From Utricularia gibba (taxonomy: Eukaryota > Plantae > Magnoliophyta), in the NCBI GenBank assembly GCA_002189035.1, contig NEEC01000023.1, positions 744,001 through 808,000 of the forward strand: a stretch of 64,000 nt of DNA, read 5' to 3'. The notes beneath the pieces are model-generated. The model had not been told where the DNA came from. It saw nothing but the letters and a program-made list of their open reading frames with translations, and did no database searches. The position numbers were made by a program, and so were the translations under genes. Of this stretch, positions 34,185 to 48,060 are shown in pieces (the stretch's first letter is position 1; each line of letters starts with the position of its first letter).

Positions 34185-37100
34185 ATGCCTGGGAACAAGT
34201 ACAATGAGGATTCGAAGGTCCCCAATACTCGAGTAGGGAGACTCCTGAGAGAGAGGGAGCTCAGAAGAAGCAACAGGGTTCATTCTTTCCTTGACGGCAA
34301 TGATGGAAATAGAGGCATTGAGATCCCTGACCATGATGTGCCAAATAACTCCATTGTAGAACGGTATTTAGAAGGAGCTGTTCAAGCCCTCAGTGAAGGG
34401 TGGGAAAGACCTGATGTTAGGCCTGTACGACAAAGATTGCTAGTGGTGGCGAACAGACTTCCTGTGTCAGCTGTAAGACGAGGTGAAGATTCATGGTCCT
34501 TGGAGATAAGTGCTGGTGGTCTTGTGAGTGCGCTTCTTGGTAAGCATTAGGGTCTTTCAGTTCCTTCCTTCATTGATGTGGTGTCTGTGTGGCAATCAAG
34601 ATTGACAGAATCTCCTTTTGCGAGCTCTTTCCCTCCAAAAGAGGTTTTAATCTAGTTACAATAAACATAAAGAGACTTCATATATGTAGGATTTTTTTAT
34701 TAGAGTTGCTACTTGATGCTTGTTACACTCTGTGTTAGGTGTTAAGGAGTTTGAGGCACGGTGGATAGGCTGGGCAGGGGTAAATGTCCCAGATGAAGCT
34801 GGGCAAAGGTCACTCACTAGAGCTCTAGCTGAGAAAGTAAGTGTCGAATCCCTCTACCTTTATTTTGAATCTCTTTGTTTTTTCCACAAGTTCTTAGATG
34901 AGTGCCTTTTTTTTTCTGTAGAGATGCATTCCTGTCTTCCTTGATGAAGAGATTGTCCATCAGTACTACAACGGCTACTGCAACAATATACTTTGGCCTC
35001 TGTTTCATTATCTTGGGCTTCCACAAGAAGACCGTCTTGCAACTACCAGGAGTTTCCAGTCACAATTTACTGCTTACAAAAAGGCAAATCAAATGTTTGC
35101 TGATGTTGTTAATAAACATTATGAAGAAGGTGATGTTGTTTGGTGTCATGACTACCACCTAATGTTCCTCCCAAGTGTCTAAAAGATTGCAATAGCAAGA
35201 TGAAGGTGGGTTGGTTTCTGCATACCCCATTTCCATCTTCAGAAATTCACCGTACACTACCTTCTCGCTCTGAGCTATTACGAGCTGTTCTAGCTGCAGA
35301 TTTGGTTGGGTAATTTTTCTTGAACTTCTGACTATTTTTATCTTGAATTTCATGTGTGCCTATCTTCTGGTAAGGTGCATGTCTCATTCTACATGAATGT
35401 TGATTACAATTTTTCTGATAACAGTTTCCACACGTATGACTATGCAAGACATTTTGTGAGTGCTTGTACCCGTATTCTTGGACTCGAGGGTACCCCTGAA
35501 GGAGTAGAAGATCAAGGGCGGTTAACACGTGTGGCGGCAGTATGCTTGCATGATCTTTCTTCCTACAAATGACTCAGTTACTGGTCATCATCTTGTTAGT
35601 ATGAGTTTCTTCTTATGACATCTTTTCATTTGTGTTCTACAGTTCCCAATAGGAATTGACTCCGAGAGGTTCATCCGAGCTGTTGAAGTCGAACATGTAC
35701 AAAGACGCATCAGAGAATTAAAAGAAAGATTTGCTGGAAGAAAGGTTTTTCCCCGTTGTATATAATGCTAGTGCCCTCAATTCCTCATGTAAATTACTGG
35801 CATACAAAACCTTTTGCATCTGCCACTTAAGATTGTTTTGCATTTTCAGGTAATGCTTGGTGTTGATCGGCTTGATATGATCAAGGGAATCCCCCAGAAG
35901 ATACTAGCGTTTGAAAAATTTTTGGAGGAAAACCCGCAATGGCATGATAAGGTTGTGTTGCTGCAAATTGCTGTGCCGACAAGAACTGATGTTCCTGAAT
36001 GTATGATCTATTGATAGGCTCTACCATTCGTTGAAGCATCAGTCATATTATGCACCTTGAAACTTACCTATTTCTGGTGTGTGATGCTTGAAGATCAAAA
36101 GCTTACAAGCCAGGTTCATGAAATTGTTGGAAGGATTAACGGGAGATTTGGAACTCTCACCGCTGTTCCTATTCATCATCTGGTATTGATCTTTCTCAAC
36201 AATTTTGGATTCAAGTACTTGAAAGGTTGCTTTTTGGGATCCAGATGCATCATCTTTAGGTCTCCGTGTTTGTATGCAGGATCGCTCACTTGATTTCCAT
36301 GACTTGTGTGCCCTCTACTCTGTGACCGGTAAGGAGTGTTTGTTGGTACATTTCTATACATAGTGTCCGCCTTGGCAATAGAAACACTTACCACTGCTGA
36401 GAAATGATAATGTAGAATTGTCACTTTTTAAATGAACCGATTGTGTGGTCTCAACTTGCCGTTTCTGGTGTTGTTTCCCATAAAACAGCTACTTGTGAAA
36501 AATTATTGCCGTGATGATAAACTGATCGTTCACAGCTCGAACCCAATCGCATGTCCTATATTCTCTTGTCGAGCTTTGAAACTCACTCAATTTGATACCT
36601 GAGTACACTTACTGAGCATCTGCTTATCTTTTCCCTAGATGTTGCACTTGTTACTTCTCTACGAGATGGGATGAACCTCGTCAGCTATGAGTTTGTGGCT
36701 TGTCAAGACTCCAAGAAAGGGGTTCTCATCCTCAGTGAAGTATATGCGTTATCTCTTTCTATTAGCTCCATTCCGCACTTAGTGATACATCTAAGAATGC
36801 CAACTTCTTTTTCCACCAGTGGTGGACTCTTCTGAATCATATTAGACGATCGCTGTGGTAAATGCAGTTTGCTGGAGCAGCACAGTCTCTAGGAGCTGGC
36901 GCAATTCTTGTGAATCCATGGAACATCACGGAGGTTGCTGCTGCAATAGGCCAAGCTTTGAAGATGCCTGCTGATGAAAGAGAGAAACGACATAGGCATA
37001 ACTTTGAGCATGTGACGACACATACTGCCCAGCAATGGGCAGAGTTCTTTGTAAGGTGTGTCCCCATATGGCAGAGTTCATAACTGAATTTTCCCTCCAT

Positions 37101-38755
37101 GTTCCCTGTGATCCTTGAGCTGTTTTTACTCACTTGCAAGTGTTTCTGGATGTTCATGCAGTGAGCTGAATGATACTGTTATCGAAGCTCAGCAGAGGAT
37201 CAGGAAGGTTCCACCCCAAATCGTGATCAGTGATGCCATCAGACGTTATCAGGAGTCCAGCAACCGGTTACTTATACTGGTAAGCACCGTCTTTCTTCTC
37301 ATATGCCACAGCAAATCTGAACGCACTGTCCGTTTATGCAGGGTTTTAATGGCACGCTGACTGCACCAGTTGATACTCCAGGAAGACGTGGAGATCAGAT
37401 CAAAGAAATGGAACTTAAATTACACCCTGACTTGAAAGGGCCACTGACCATGCTTTGCAATGACCCGAATACTACAGTTGTGGTTCTTAGTGGAAGCCCT
37501 CGAACAGTCCTTGATGATGTACGTGCATGTTTCCGTTATGGCGCTCGCTGCTCACAACATCCCTTGCTAATTGATCGCTTTAGCAGAACTTCGGTGAATA
37601 CAACATGTGGTTGGCAGCTGAGAACGGCATGTTCCTGAGGTGCACCAAAGGGGTGTGGATGACGACAATGCCCGAGCACCTGAACATGGACTGGGTTGAC
37701 AGTGTAAAGGTACGAGGCATACTGTCAGGCTCTGCACCTCATGTTTCTCTATATGAATCCCACCTCACCAGGGTCCGCCAACCATTTCAGCATGTGTTCG
37801 AATATTTCACTGAAAGAACTCCAAGATCCCATTTCGAGCATCGTGAAACTTCGCTCTTGTGGAGCTACAAGTATGCAGGTATCATCATCATTTCCCGTTT
37901 TCGAATGTGGATAGAAGGGGATCCGAAAATGAGATGACCATTCTTGGTTGATACACACACAGATGTCGAATTCGGAAGGTTACAAGCTAGAGACATGCTG
38001 CAGCATCTCTGGACCGGCCCCATATCCAACTCCTCTGTCGATGTTGTTCAAGGTAGCCGTTCTGTTGAGGTCCGCGCTGTGGGGGTCACGAAGGTAACCA
38101 GCCAACCCTCCACTAGCTCCCTACACAGTCTGTGTTGGATGCATATCCTTACACTGTCTCTCACAGGGAGCAGCGATCGATAGAATACTAGGAGAGATCG
38201 TCCACGGCAAAGCCATCGGCACACCCATAGACTACGTCCTATGCATCGGGCACTTCCTTGGAAAGGTATGCCTGGCCTATCCATGCTTCTGGGTACCCTG
38301 TTTGCCTTGTGTCTTCATTATGTGGAGGTTTGAGGCAGTGCATGATTCAGGACGAGGATGTGTATACGTTTTTCGAGCCAGAGCTCCCTCCGGAGTCACT
38401 GGGTCTATCAAGAACCAAAGGGGGGGCGGATGCGATCAAGGTTTCCTCCCTGGACAAGAGGGTGTCTCCAAAGATCCCCACCGGGAGAACCAGCCCCAAG
38501 CCTCCCAGCAAATACCACCAAAACCACCACTTCATGAACTCGAACTCGGACAAGAAGTCGAACGCGGGGAGCGGCAAACGAGTGTCACCGGAGAGCACAT
38601 CTTGGAACGTTCTGGATCTGAAGAAGGAGAACTACTTCTCCTGCGCCGTCGGCCGCACACGGACCAACGCCAGGTATCTCCTCAACTCCCCAGATGATGT
38701 CGTAGCGTTTTTGAAGGAGTTGGCTGAAGCTTCGTCCACGTCCGCCTCCACTTAG
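34185..38755 (+). CDS. TPS1: Class I trehalose-6-phosphate synthase
   Basis: MPGNKYN...[14 protein letters not shown]-terminal extension, [62 protein letters not shown] and a C-terminal TPP-like domain. One -1 indel in the C run 35170-35172. Confidence 0.97.
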
Positions 38756-38984
38756 CGCCGCCGCATCCGGCTGCCTTCATCCACAAGCTCTACTAAGCAA
38801 GTCAGTGCTGCTGGGAAGGAGCGGGCCAGTTCATCATGCCTTGCTGATACACCACGCCTTGCCTTGTTAGATGTAAAAACAACCTTCTTCGGGACGACAG
38901 ATGGTTCCAGTTCGTAATGTCATTAGTGTCGACAGCTCGTCAGGCGAAGCAGCTGAGCTCCTTTTCTAAAACTAGCCCATTCTT

Positions 38985-39015
38985 TGGGCCCATTATTAGC
39001 CCCAATTAGCCCAAG
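38985..39015. promoter_or_regulatory. Site II (TGGGCY/GCCCA) element cluster in the very short TPS1-cpSRP43 spacer
   Basis: TTTGGGCCCATTATTAGCCCAATTAGCCCAAG immediately upstream of the cpSRP43 start. Site II elements are TCP-binding motifs common in organellar-protein promoters. Confidence 0.5.
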
Positions 39016-39055
39016 TGTGGCTCTTCAGTTTGGGTCGGGAAACAGCCCATCGCTG

Positions 39056-40255
39056 ATGGCAATCTTGTTTGGATATGGTTTCTTATCCCCCGCCGGGCTC
39101 CCGCAAACAGCAAAGCTCTCGCGGATTTCCCGACCATCTCTTGTGGACATTCCGATGATCGCCGTAGCACGCGTCGCATTGACTGGGCTAGCAGCCATCG
39201 CGGCGCGTGGAGCTTCTTCGACTATCGGCATCCCGCCGGCGGCACAATCCTACCTACGTTACTCCATCAGAACTCCGGGTTTTTCCCTCAGCGCCACCCT
39301 GGGCCAAACCGAGACAGCTCCGGCGCCGCAGCGATATGAGTTCGCGGACTATGATAAGGACGAAACGTACGGAGAAGTGAACCGGATCATCGGGAGCAGA
39401 GCGACCGATGATGGGCGAGGGATGGAGTATCTGTTAGAGTGGAAGGATGAGCACGCGCCGACGTGGGTTCCGTCGCAGTACATAGCGAACGATGTCGTCG
39501 CGGAGTACGAGACCCCCTGGTGGACCGCCGTCAAGAAAGGCGATGACGCCGCTCTAAAGCAGATGATCGAATCCGACGACGGCAGAGACGTGGACGCCGT
39601 CGATGAGGAGGGCCGCACTGCCCTACTCTTCGTCGCCGGCCTCGGCTCCGAGCAGTGCGTCACACTCCTTGCGGAGGCAGGGGCCGACGTCAATCACCGC
39701 GAGAAGAGCGGCGGCCTGACTTCCCTGCACATGGCTGCAGGATACGTGAAACCAGAGATCGCAGACCTGCTGATAAAATTCGATGCAGATCCGGAAATTG
39801 CAGACGCGCGGGGACGAACGTCGTTGGAATTGGCGAAGGAGATCCTGATGGCGACGCCGCAGCTGCAATTCGCGAGGAGAATGGTGCTGGAGAGGGTGAT
39901 AAGAGTTATAGAATCGGAGATCTACGAGTTCGGGGTGGTAGAACAGATAATGGAGAGGAGAGGAAAAGGCGCAAACATGGAATATCTAGTGAAGTGGAAG
40001 GACGGCGGGCCGAACGAGTGGGTGAAGGCAGCGGCGGTGGCGGAGGATCTGATTAGGGATTTCGAAGCGGGGTTGGAGTACGCGGTGGCGGAGGCGGTTT
40101 TGGAGCGGCGGAATGCGGCGGAGAAGGGGAAAACGGAGTACCTAGTGAAATGGGCGGACATGACGGAGCCGACGTGGGAGCCAGAGGAAAACGTGGATCC
40201 CCAGATGATTAGCTCCTTCCTTCACCACGCCCCAAAACTAGAACATGAACCTTAA
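39056..40255 (+). CDS. CAO: Chloroplast signal recognition particle 43 kDa protein (cpSRP43)
   Basis: Single exon from ATG 39056. Transit peptide, chromodomain 1 ([11 protein letters not shown]...EYLLEWKD), ankyrin repeats ([23 protein letters not shown]) and chromodomains 2 and 3 ([17 protein letters not shown]). Confidence 0.96.
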   Translation: MAILFGYGFLSPAGLPQTAKLSRISRPSLVDIPMIAVARVALTGLAAIAARGASSTIGIPPAAQSYLRYSIRTPGFSLSATLGQTETAPAPQRYEFADYDKDETYGEVNRIIGSRATDDGRGMEYLLEWKDEHAPTWVPSQYIANDVVAEYETPWWTAVKKGDDAALKQMIESDDGRDVDAVDEEGRTALLFVAGLGSEQCVTLLAEAGADVNHREKSGGLTSLHMAAGYVKPEIADLLIKFDADPEIADARGRTSLELAKEILMATPQLQFARRMVLERVIRVIESEIYEFGVVEQIMERRGKGANMEYLVKWKDGGPNEWVKAAAVAEDLIRDFEAGLEYAVAEAVLERRNAAEKGKTEYLVKWADMTEPTWEPEENVDPQMISSFLHHAPKLEHEP

Positions 40256-40296
40256 TTTTGGGGTTGTCTTCGAAAGACAATTAATTCAACTGGTCT

Positions 40297-41080
40297 TCAT
40301 TCTTGCCGAAAGGAAGAGGTGTTTGTTGCCTCCCAAACAGCGTCGATCCTGCAAAGAACACACACCACAATTTCAGTGCAAACAAGGGAGAAAACCTGAA
40401 CAGGGGGAGACCTGTCTGTGTTGGTGTGTGATACAGCAACACAAACTGTTCTTTCGTTCGGGTCCAAACGGCTCCTCGCGTAGTAATCCTGAAGAAGCTG
40501 TTCTTCCGAGAGGGACTGTGTACCTGCCGGAGAACAACATACCAGGCCATGATTGGAAAGACACCACCACCCACTGTAACCTCCTCTCATTAAATATTCT
40601 CAAAAACACATCCAAATACAGATGAAATAGGAGCCCATCACAAACTTGAAGAGCTGAATTTGCACGCTTTGTGAAAAACAAAAAAAAAAAAAAAAGTTTC
40701 GCTGGATGGGATGGATACTAGCCTTCGCAGTGCTTCTTCCAGGTCATTGCTGTTGTTGATACTAGGGATTCCCTTCAGCGGCCACCAAGATAAGAACTTG
40801 GAAATGGAAAATGAAGATTGCTGAGAGCCGGTTCCTGGTAGTGGTAGCATAGGCTCGAAACGCTGGTCATGGCTGAAGGAAATGCGACGGGATGAAATGG
40901 GAGGCATCCCAGAGCCGAATGAGATGAAGAACTTGGTAGTGCAATCCAATGGAATCCAGAAATTTGAAAGCAATCTTATGGATGATGCAGACCCAAGGGG
41001 GCCCAAAGTCCCTTTCCGTGGAAGAGACGAACACCCTTGGTAGTGAAGTTCTTAGCTTTTGCGCCGATCATCGCAGACAT
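40297..41080 (-). other. Unidentified, possibly degenerate, spliced coding-like sequence
   Basis: ATG 41080. The frame continues only if one base is added to the G run 40997-41001. Putative exons 41080-40719, 40523-40396 and 40348-40297 are phase-compatible, but the last intron is only 47 nt and I recognise no domain. Confidence 0.25.
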
Positions 41081-41273
41081 GGCGTCAAATTATGACTTAG
41101 GAGCCACCAAGATAAGAACTTGGAAATGGGAAATGAAGATTGCTGAGGTCCGATTATGACTGTAAATCCCTGAGAATGTGTAATAGAACTAGGGTTTCGT
41201 GGGAGGGAGAAAGAGATGATTTCTCATATTAATGGGGTTTACCTGTATACTCTTTTCAACAGGTAAATTACTG

Positions 41274-42390
41274 ATGCTTCGCGCTCCCTTCTCGGCAACC
41301 AATCAGGCCATCCGCCGCACCCTCAGTCACGGCCGTTTGATTTCTTCCACCGCACATCTGAGTGATTCATGGATCCAGAAGATGAAGGGGATGATAACTG
41401 GCAAGAAACCTGCCGCCGCCGAGCAAACCGAGTCTTTCACACTTCTCCGTGAGCAGACCTTCCTCCCAGCCCTTATCTCCCATCAATGGCTGTTTTTTGA
41501 TCGCTTGAAGAATCGCAGGGTTTGCGGAGGAGATGGGTAAGGCTAGAAAATTGGGACAATTGAAGCAGTTCGTGATCGGGAGGGGCAGTGAGGCCACTTT
41601 TAAGGATGCTTTCGAGAAGCAGGAGGCAATCGTACGATACCTGGGTGGGTTTGATCCGAGTGGCGAGGTACTTGCCTTCTTTCCCTTTCCCCCACATTTT
41701 TAGCGAACAGATTAGAGTTGTCTTGAAAGGAATGTGCTTTCTGGTGTCTTTAGACGACCCAGATGCTTCGATTTGGCCGCGTGTTCTTCCTGTCTGTAGC
41801 AAGCATTGTGACTCTGCTCTAGATACATGCTGATGAACTTGAAGGGCTGAAATCCCTTATGTGTTCACCTTCTGTTGTTTCCATGTCTCAGGCCATCCAG
41901 CCTAGCCATAAGGTGGAGGCAGCCAAGCACTGCAATTGCACGATACTAGATGTTGAAAATGCCTTGTCGAAATTCACATGGGCGAAAGAAGCTCATAAGA
42001 AGATTGAAAAACTTAAAGCGGAAGGCAAACCAATGCCGAAGACCTTGTCCGAGGTATTCCTCAATCCTTCTCAGGACCTGTGTTGCTGTCAGAATGATGC
42101 ATAAGGTAGACTTTCTGAAGGTCACCTTCTGGTTTGATTTGCAGGTTCAGAAGATGATGGGATCTTCTCCCTTGGATCTTGCAAGGTCCAACTTGGCCAA
42201 GAGTGGGCAAATAAGCCGGAATGCTCCATGTCCCTGTGGTTCAAAAAAGTTATACAAGAGGTAATTCATTGTGTTCTTGATGTGAAGCTAGTGCTACACA
42301 CAGATGGACACAAATTCATCTTTTCCACAAGGCTTAACGCGTTGAAGGTGGTGTCTTTCATTCAGGTGCTGTGGGAAGGATCAGAAGTAG
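41274..42390 (+). CDS. SEC-C motif protein with a mitochondrial-type presequence
   Basis: MLRAPFSATNQAIRRTLSHGRL..SWIQKMKG, FAEEMGKARKLG, KHCNCTILDVENALSKFTWAKEA, MMGSSPLDLARSNLAKSGQISRNAPCPCGSKKLYKRCCG. Telo-box AAACCCTAG on the minus strand near 41170. Confidence 0.88.
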
Positions 42391-43313
42391 CTGAGAAGCT
42401 ACGGCATTTTGTTCTTTAACATCCAAAGAGCATGAACCGAGTAATTTCTTCATTTCCTGCTTTGTACTCCTAGAAATTATATGATCCTCCCCTGAAATGG
42501 ATTCTAGCCCACCAGGTGTCTGGCATTCATCGGCTTATACTCCTCTGTGTATAAGTATACAGTTCACATGATGATACCCTAAAATCCTACGATGAGCCAA
42601 GAACAACATTGTACGGAGACTCATTTACGCATGGAATGGGAGATATACCAGCTCCCTTCATTGGAGCACGAGTTCATAGTGATGCTGCTGCCATTCAGGT
42701 TGTTGAGGCCCGCAGATGTGGATAAGTCTTTTGTGGTTGCTGTCCAGTCATCGTTCCATAGACTAGATTGGAAGAAAACAGGAAATCCTGATCTTCCTGT
42801 TTAGCCCAAGACCTCGGATTTCCCTATGAACTTTTACAAAAACAACTGCTCTGATCTTCCTCCGCTAAAACCCCCCTGATGGTAATGAAGGAGGCAACGC
42901 ATCTCTCATCCTTTGTTGCCGGTCACCTGCAACGGAAACGCATGAGGGGCTGGGAATTGAATAAAAAAACGTGCAGCTGTTTCCCGATAAAACAAAATGC
43001 GAGGAAGTTAGGTGACTCCGGTGGGCCGGGACATGCAGGGTTGGAGGATGCTGCCTGGTCAGCATCCAACCGTCCCTGATGTGTTCGTTCCTAGTCCAGT
43101 CAGATATGGCTGCGCACGTGCCCTGGACTCTGCTTCCTCCGGCCTTCCCATTCCTTGACTCCCAGACTTCTCCAACCCACGGTAACTGCTACGCGCCGCC
43201 GCTATATTACTTTTCTATTCATCTGTGTGGATGTATATATATACACACGCGCACACACACGTACCCTTCCTTGAGCAATTCCCAATTCCCCTGCATCAAG
43301 AATCTAAACCAAA

Positions 43314-43706
43314 ATGGCTACTTCGCGATCGGTGGCGAAGAGGAAGACCAACGATCCTCTGAAGGTGGTGTATATATCGAGCCCGATGAAGGTCAAAACG
43401 AGCGCTTCCAATTTCAGATCCCTGGTTCAGCAACTCACCGGCAAGAACTCGGATATTTCGCAGTACATGGATTCAAACGCCGCCCCATCCGAGACCTTCC
43501 ACGATTTCGACGCCTCCATCGATTCCTCCAGTCCGCAAACCTACTCCTACTCGGCGCCGCCGATGCCAATCGGAACGGGGATGATGATGATGCCGCCGGC
43601 GAAAGCAGCAGCCTTCGCGCCTGAAATGAAGGACCAACTGGATCCGCACACCTTCTACCCCCAGTCTCCGTATGATGCGACTCGTGGAAGTTACCTAAGT
43701 TACTGA
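43314..43706 (+). CDS. VQ-motif protein, SIB1/SIB2-like
   Basis: Single exon of 130 aa with KVVYISSPMKVKTSASNFRSLVQQLTG. Confidence 0.9.
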   Translation: MATSRSVAKRKTNDPLKVVYISSPMKVKTSASNFRSLVQQLTGKNSDISQYMDSNAAPSETFHDFDASIDSSSPQTYSYSAPPMPIGTGMMMMPPAKAAAFAPEMKDQLDPHTFYPQSPYDATRGSYLSY

Positions 43707-43946
43707 TACGCACGCCGGGGCACCTTGGCGTTCTCGAGATTTTTTCTCTGCCCTCCTTTCGGCTCTGTAAATCCTCTCCTGTTCGTTGTTTAGGAGTATT
43801 TCTTTCAAAGAAAATAAATACGCTGAATTTATACATGTAATGGTCAACGGCTAAACCCATCACGCCGATTCTTGGTTCTTGTCTAGCACAGAGAGCATCT
43901 TCTTCCATATCACCAGCATGTGGCGAGGTGGCGTGTGGTTCACTCT

Positions 43947-45796
43947 TCACTGTGTGAGAGGCAGACATTCGAGCTCAATCTCCAGCACTCCCCTCTCCAC
44001 ATTCTGCAGCTTGATGGAGATGTCTTGTTTCACCCTCCCATCTTCCCAACTGATGACCCCATCGACTACCAGCGCATTCTCCTTGCTTGCTTTCCACGTC
44101 CCCAGATGCGTCGCCTCGCTTACGGCGGAGCTCTCCGATGCCTTGGCAGCCGACAGCAGCGGCTGGATGTCGATCTCTGCATCCCCCATGAAATCGTCCG
44201 TCGAGAACGTGTCCTTGTCGTACACCAACTGCCAACACACACACACACATGAATGGTGGTTTGTATGCTGCACTTGCTTCTCCAGTGAGAAATTTACCAG
44301 CTTGAGAGGAGGCACGTTTTCAGGAATGGAGAGCATTATGCATTCGTTCCACACAGGGTTGAGGTTGTTCTTGATGACCCTCGTCTTCATGGACTGCAAC
44401 AACAACCCAAAGAAACGCACTTGATTTGTGAATTCGGAACGCAGCTTAAGAGGCTGTTACCTGGTTTCCGAGCGACAGGATGACGTAGGGGTCGCTCGTC
44501 ACCATGTCCCTCACTGCTAGATTCGTACCTCTGACGATGTTTACCTTGATCAACCCCACAAACTCAACCATGCCTGCCTGAAGATCAGGAGCATGAGGAG
44601 GAGGAGGAGGAGGATTCATGTGTCACTAGTGATTCGCCGTCAACTTCCAAATATTCTGAAGCAGGGGGAGAGACATTTACCATTGAGTTGCATTTCTTGG
44701 TCAGCTTGTGGTCTGCTTTCTTCCAGCTATTGCGGAAGGCGTGCCCCTTTCCTCCGGATCCACGATGGCCTGCTCGCTTCGAGGTGTTGCCAGAAGAGAC
44801 TGATGGTGGAAAGGGGCAAGCCAAATGTAGATCCATATTCATGAACTGTTGTGTCTCATACTTTCTCCTGAACAATGGAAAGGATCATTGAGAAGAAGCC
44901 ATTGGTACCACCCCATTGCACAGCAGTCATACCTGATGAAATCGCTTCGTTCTTCTGCTGATGAATCAGGCTTTGGTTTTCTGTAGTTATCCGGGAGGTG
45001 TGCTTCATACTTGGCATTTACATTAACATTTCCACCCATTTCCATTAACGCCTCCACTTGCTCGTCGGTCCACTCATCCAGTTTCACTGATAGCACCTGT
45101 TGGTGAAACTTCAGATATGAGAGCAGCTTAAGATCAAATCATGGAGTTTCAGAAGATGATCCCACCTTCGATATGTGCACACCAAGGCTCCTATGCACTC
45201 CTGAGCATTTGATACAAATAAAAGCTCCGAAGGTCAACGTTCTGTCCCAGAAAAATCACAAGGACAGAAGAATCATCAGAGAAATGTCTCAGATTTCAGG
45301 ACAGCATCAGGGAAAGAGGAATCAGGGCCTTTAAAAGAGATGAAATCTGGGCCTTACACCCACTTAGGATCGGGAGATCCACAGTCAGCGCAGAACTTGT
45401 TTCCAGCTTCGGTTGATATACTCTCTAGCCTCCCTCGTGGATCTGAATCATTGAACATCGACACCATTGTAAATGACAAACATCAGTTCGTTTTTGAGTC
45501 TTGGTCGTTATACCAAATCAAGCGTGCTACTACTCACTGGAAGAGGAGGAATCTTTACATTCCCTGGCTGAGTTCTCCAACCGAAAGAGGTCATAGAGGC
45601 AGAGACCTGATGATTGAGATGGCCAGTGTTGACTGAGCAACAGTATATCATGTTCATGTGAGCTTGAGATGGACTAACTACCAAAGGTGTGCCATCATAA
45701 TGCACTTCAGAAGCCACAAATGACAGCGCCAAGAACGGATAATCTAAACATACCCGGGCAATCTTTGGTATCTGAATTTCCTTCTTGATTCGACAT
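43947..45796 (-). CDS. AGD11: ARF-GAP with C2 domain (AGD11-like)
   Basis: Short exons 45796-45754 and 45606-45538, then [49 protein letters not shown], and a C2 domain ([31 protein letters not shown]) ending [10 protein letters not shown]. Confidence 0.92.
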
Positions 45797-46469
45797 TTTT
45801 TTGATCCGAAATTCAAGACCCAACTCCAGAAACCTCCCCTATGATCTCAAAGAAACCACATGTTCAACTCTCTTCTGCATTATACAGGTATAATGAGTCA
45901 CACCCAAAAACATGAAATTGATCAATCAACCGAGAATATTACAGTGGATGATTCTTACATGATGAAGAGCCACGGTAACAAATATCGTCCCCCAAGAGGA
46001 AATGCAGGTCCTTCAATCATATCATCATCAGCACGTTCGCCAAACGCAATCCAATAAATTCATACGGCATTTGGGTCAAGGATGTACGCAAAGCGAATGG
46101 CCGTGATGATTGTTGATGCTCTCTTCAGAGCAGAGGCGCCTTAATTCCTCTTCCTGATGCTGACAAGAGAAAGAAACAAGCCAAGGGTGACAACAAGAGG
46201 ATCATCAATTGCAGGGAGAAAGTTATCCATGTTGGGGAGCCATTTTCTTCTGGCCGTTGGCCATCACCCCCAACAAAAAACGAAGGAAAGAGAAAGAAAG
46301 GATCTTTATAATATAAACATGTTTTTTATATGCTATGAAATTCCACCTCGGATTCACTTGACCATCGGACCTCACTCTCAGATCGGAGGTTCAGACAAAT
46401 CCGAACTCCTCATTTTTTACGAACAGCTTCAAACCAAAACCTCCGGAGATAAGATACATACCTGAAACC

Positions 46470-46911
46470 ATGGCAACCGCACCATCGCCATCGCTCCCCC
46501 TGCAGATGTTTAATACGGCACTCCCTGTCGGGCATCCCAGCAACCTATTTCTCCTGAAAACGGCGCCGTTCGCGAGGAACCCCATTGTCCGGACTTGTTG
46601 TTCTCGGCGGCCGGAGAGCCGTGAATCAGGCCAGGAAAATGGCTCAATGGGTTTACAGGTGGGCTTCCTTTCAAGTTTCAACCTCTACCAGTTTTCACAA
46701 TCACATCATTTGATTTTTTGGGCAGGAAGATTTGATGTACCTGGTGAAATTGGGAGCAGGCTCCGTTGTAGGCGCGGCGGCAATAAAATATGGAAGCGTA
46801 ATTTTCCCAGAAGTCACACGCCCAAATCTCGCCCAGGCCGTGTTAATGATTTCAGTTCCAGTTCTTGTTTCTGTATTGCTTTTGGCCAGGCAGAGCCGTG
46901 GGGTGGAATGA
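46470..46911 (+). CDS. Small plastid-targeted membrane protein of unknown function (two hydrophobic segments)
   Basis: Exons 46470-46658 and 46726-46911 splice in frame: transit-peptide-like N-terminus, then EDLMYLVKLGAGSVVGAAAIKYGSVIFPEVTRPNLAQAVLMISVPVLVSVLLLARQSRGVE*. Confidence 0.75.
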
Positions 46912-47109
46912 GAAAGCAAGACAAGCGCTTTTGCTTGATTAAGTTGCCATTACAACATATGACCGGATTCTTATTTCTGTATGTTTAAAACTAAGGAACG
47001 GAGCGAGCACAGATCGATATGCTGTCTTTCTTTCTCAAAACAGACAAGGAGAGGTTGCCCAGGCAGCCCTTGAGAGTAGATGTGCATAGTAGTGTTGTGC
47101 GTTAGGGTG

Positions 47110-48060
47110 TCACCGCTGCTCCTTCCAAATCCGACCGGTTACCCGGAGTTTCAAATCTTCCGTTACGAGGCCATCGAAACTATCACGCACCTTCCTGTGG
47201 CTATCTATAATGCAACTTCCAGGCTCCAGCTATAGTTTTTGGCTTCATTATCGTCTCCCATAAAATGCAGAAACGTATGTTGACAGGGGCCATCCCCAGC
47301 TGAAATGCTTCGAAGTGCAGCAGACAGAATTGCTGACCAAGGCGGGTGAAGACCTGAGAATGGATTACTGAAAGGGGGGAGATGGTCGACTCTTCATTGA
47401 ACCTAAATGTGGATGCATGAACCAGAGTTGTCTGTGTACCGTGAACAGCCATGTGGCGTTTTTAACTTCTCCTGATCACAAAATAGTCAGATTGTGAGCT
47501 CTACATTTCTCCTGATCACAAAATGTTGTTTTCACGACATTCATTTTAATCACATTCCCAGAAGACTCGATCGCTCGAAAGATAATATAAATGGCCGATC
47601 CATACATGAACAAAATGAGCTGCATGTAAGCTTTCGGGTCTTGGATCTAGTTCTAGGTCCCAGCTTTAATATTTTGAATAAAAAGAGCAACGCAGACTTG
47701 ATAATCACAAGAGTTCTACATAAAGGCAACTAGATTAACAAGAGGGAAAACACTACACATAACAGAAACACAAAGAGGGAGCCTCCAGGCTCTAGATAAC
47801 CCAAAAAACAGCCTCCTTCTCTCTGGAGGGTGGTTGTTCTTATACATCTCGATTGGACTCGAGTCTTGTCTTTCTGTTGTAGAGAATGGGCTGGGTCCAC
47901 TTGATTAAGTCCATAACACTGCACCTGTCCTGATGAATGGAGGGATACATAGCATTCGGGCAGACTAGGCAACCAAGCAACTCAAGCATCGAAATCGCTG
48001 CATTAGGCTTTAAGGTGCTTTCAACAGAAACATTAAGATTTTCCACCTGATCGAGCAAGA
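47110..48060 (-). pseudogene. SINAT: SINA/SINAT E3 ligase pseudogene
   Basis: Remnants TLKPNAAISMLELLGCLVCPNAMYPSIHQ (broken RING), NATWLFT|VFTRLGQQFCLLHFEAFQLGMAPV, FMGDDNEAKNYSWSLEV, RDSHRKVRDSFDGL and LKLRVTGRIWKEQR*. Frameshifts, lost Cys ligands and internal deletions. Confidence 0.88.

Noticed and set aside
38984-39055. ORF-track start of cpSRP43 at TTG 38984
   Set aside because: Non-ATG start running through the site II promoter elements; ATG 39056 gives a normal transit peptide.
39349-40161. Antisense and alternative-frame ORFs over GC-rich exons (also 8146-8713, 38302-38697, 43435-44424)
   Set aside because: These are shadow ORFs expected from high GC3 in real genes on the other frame or strand.
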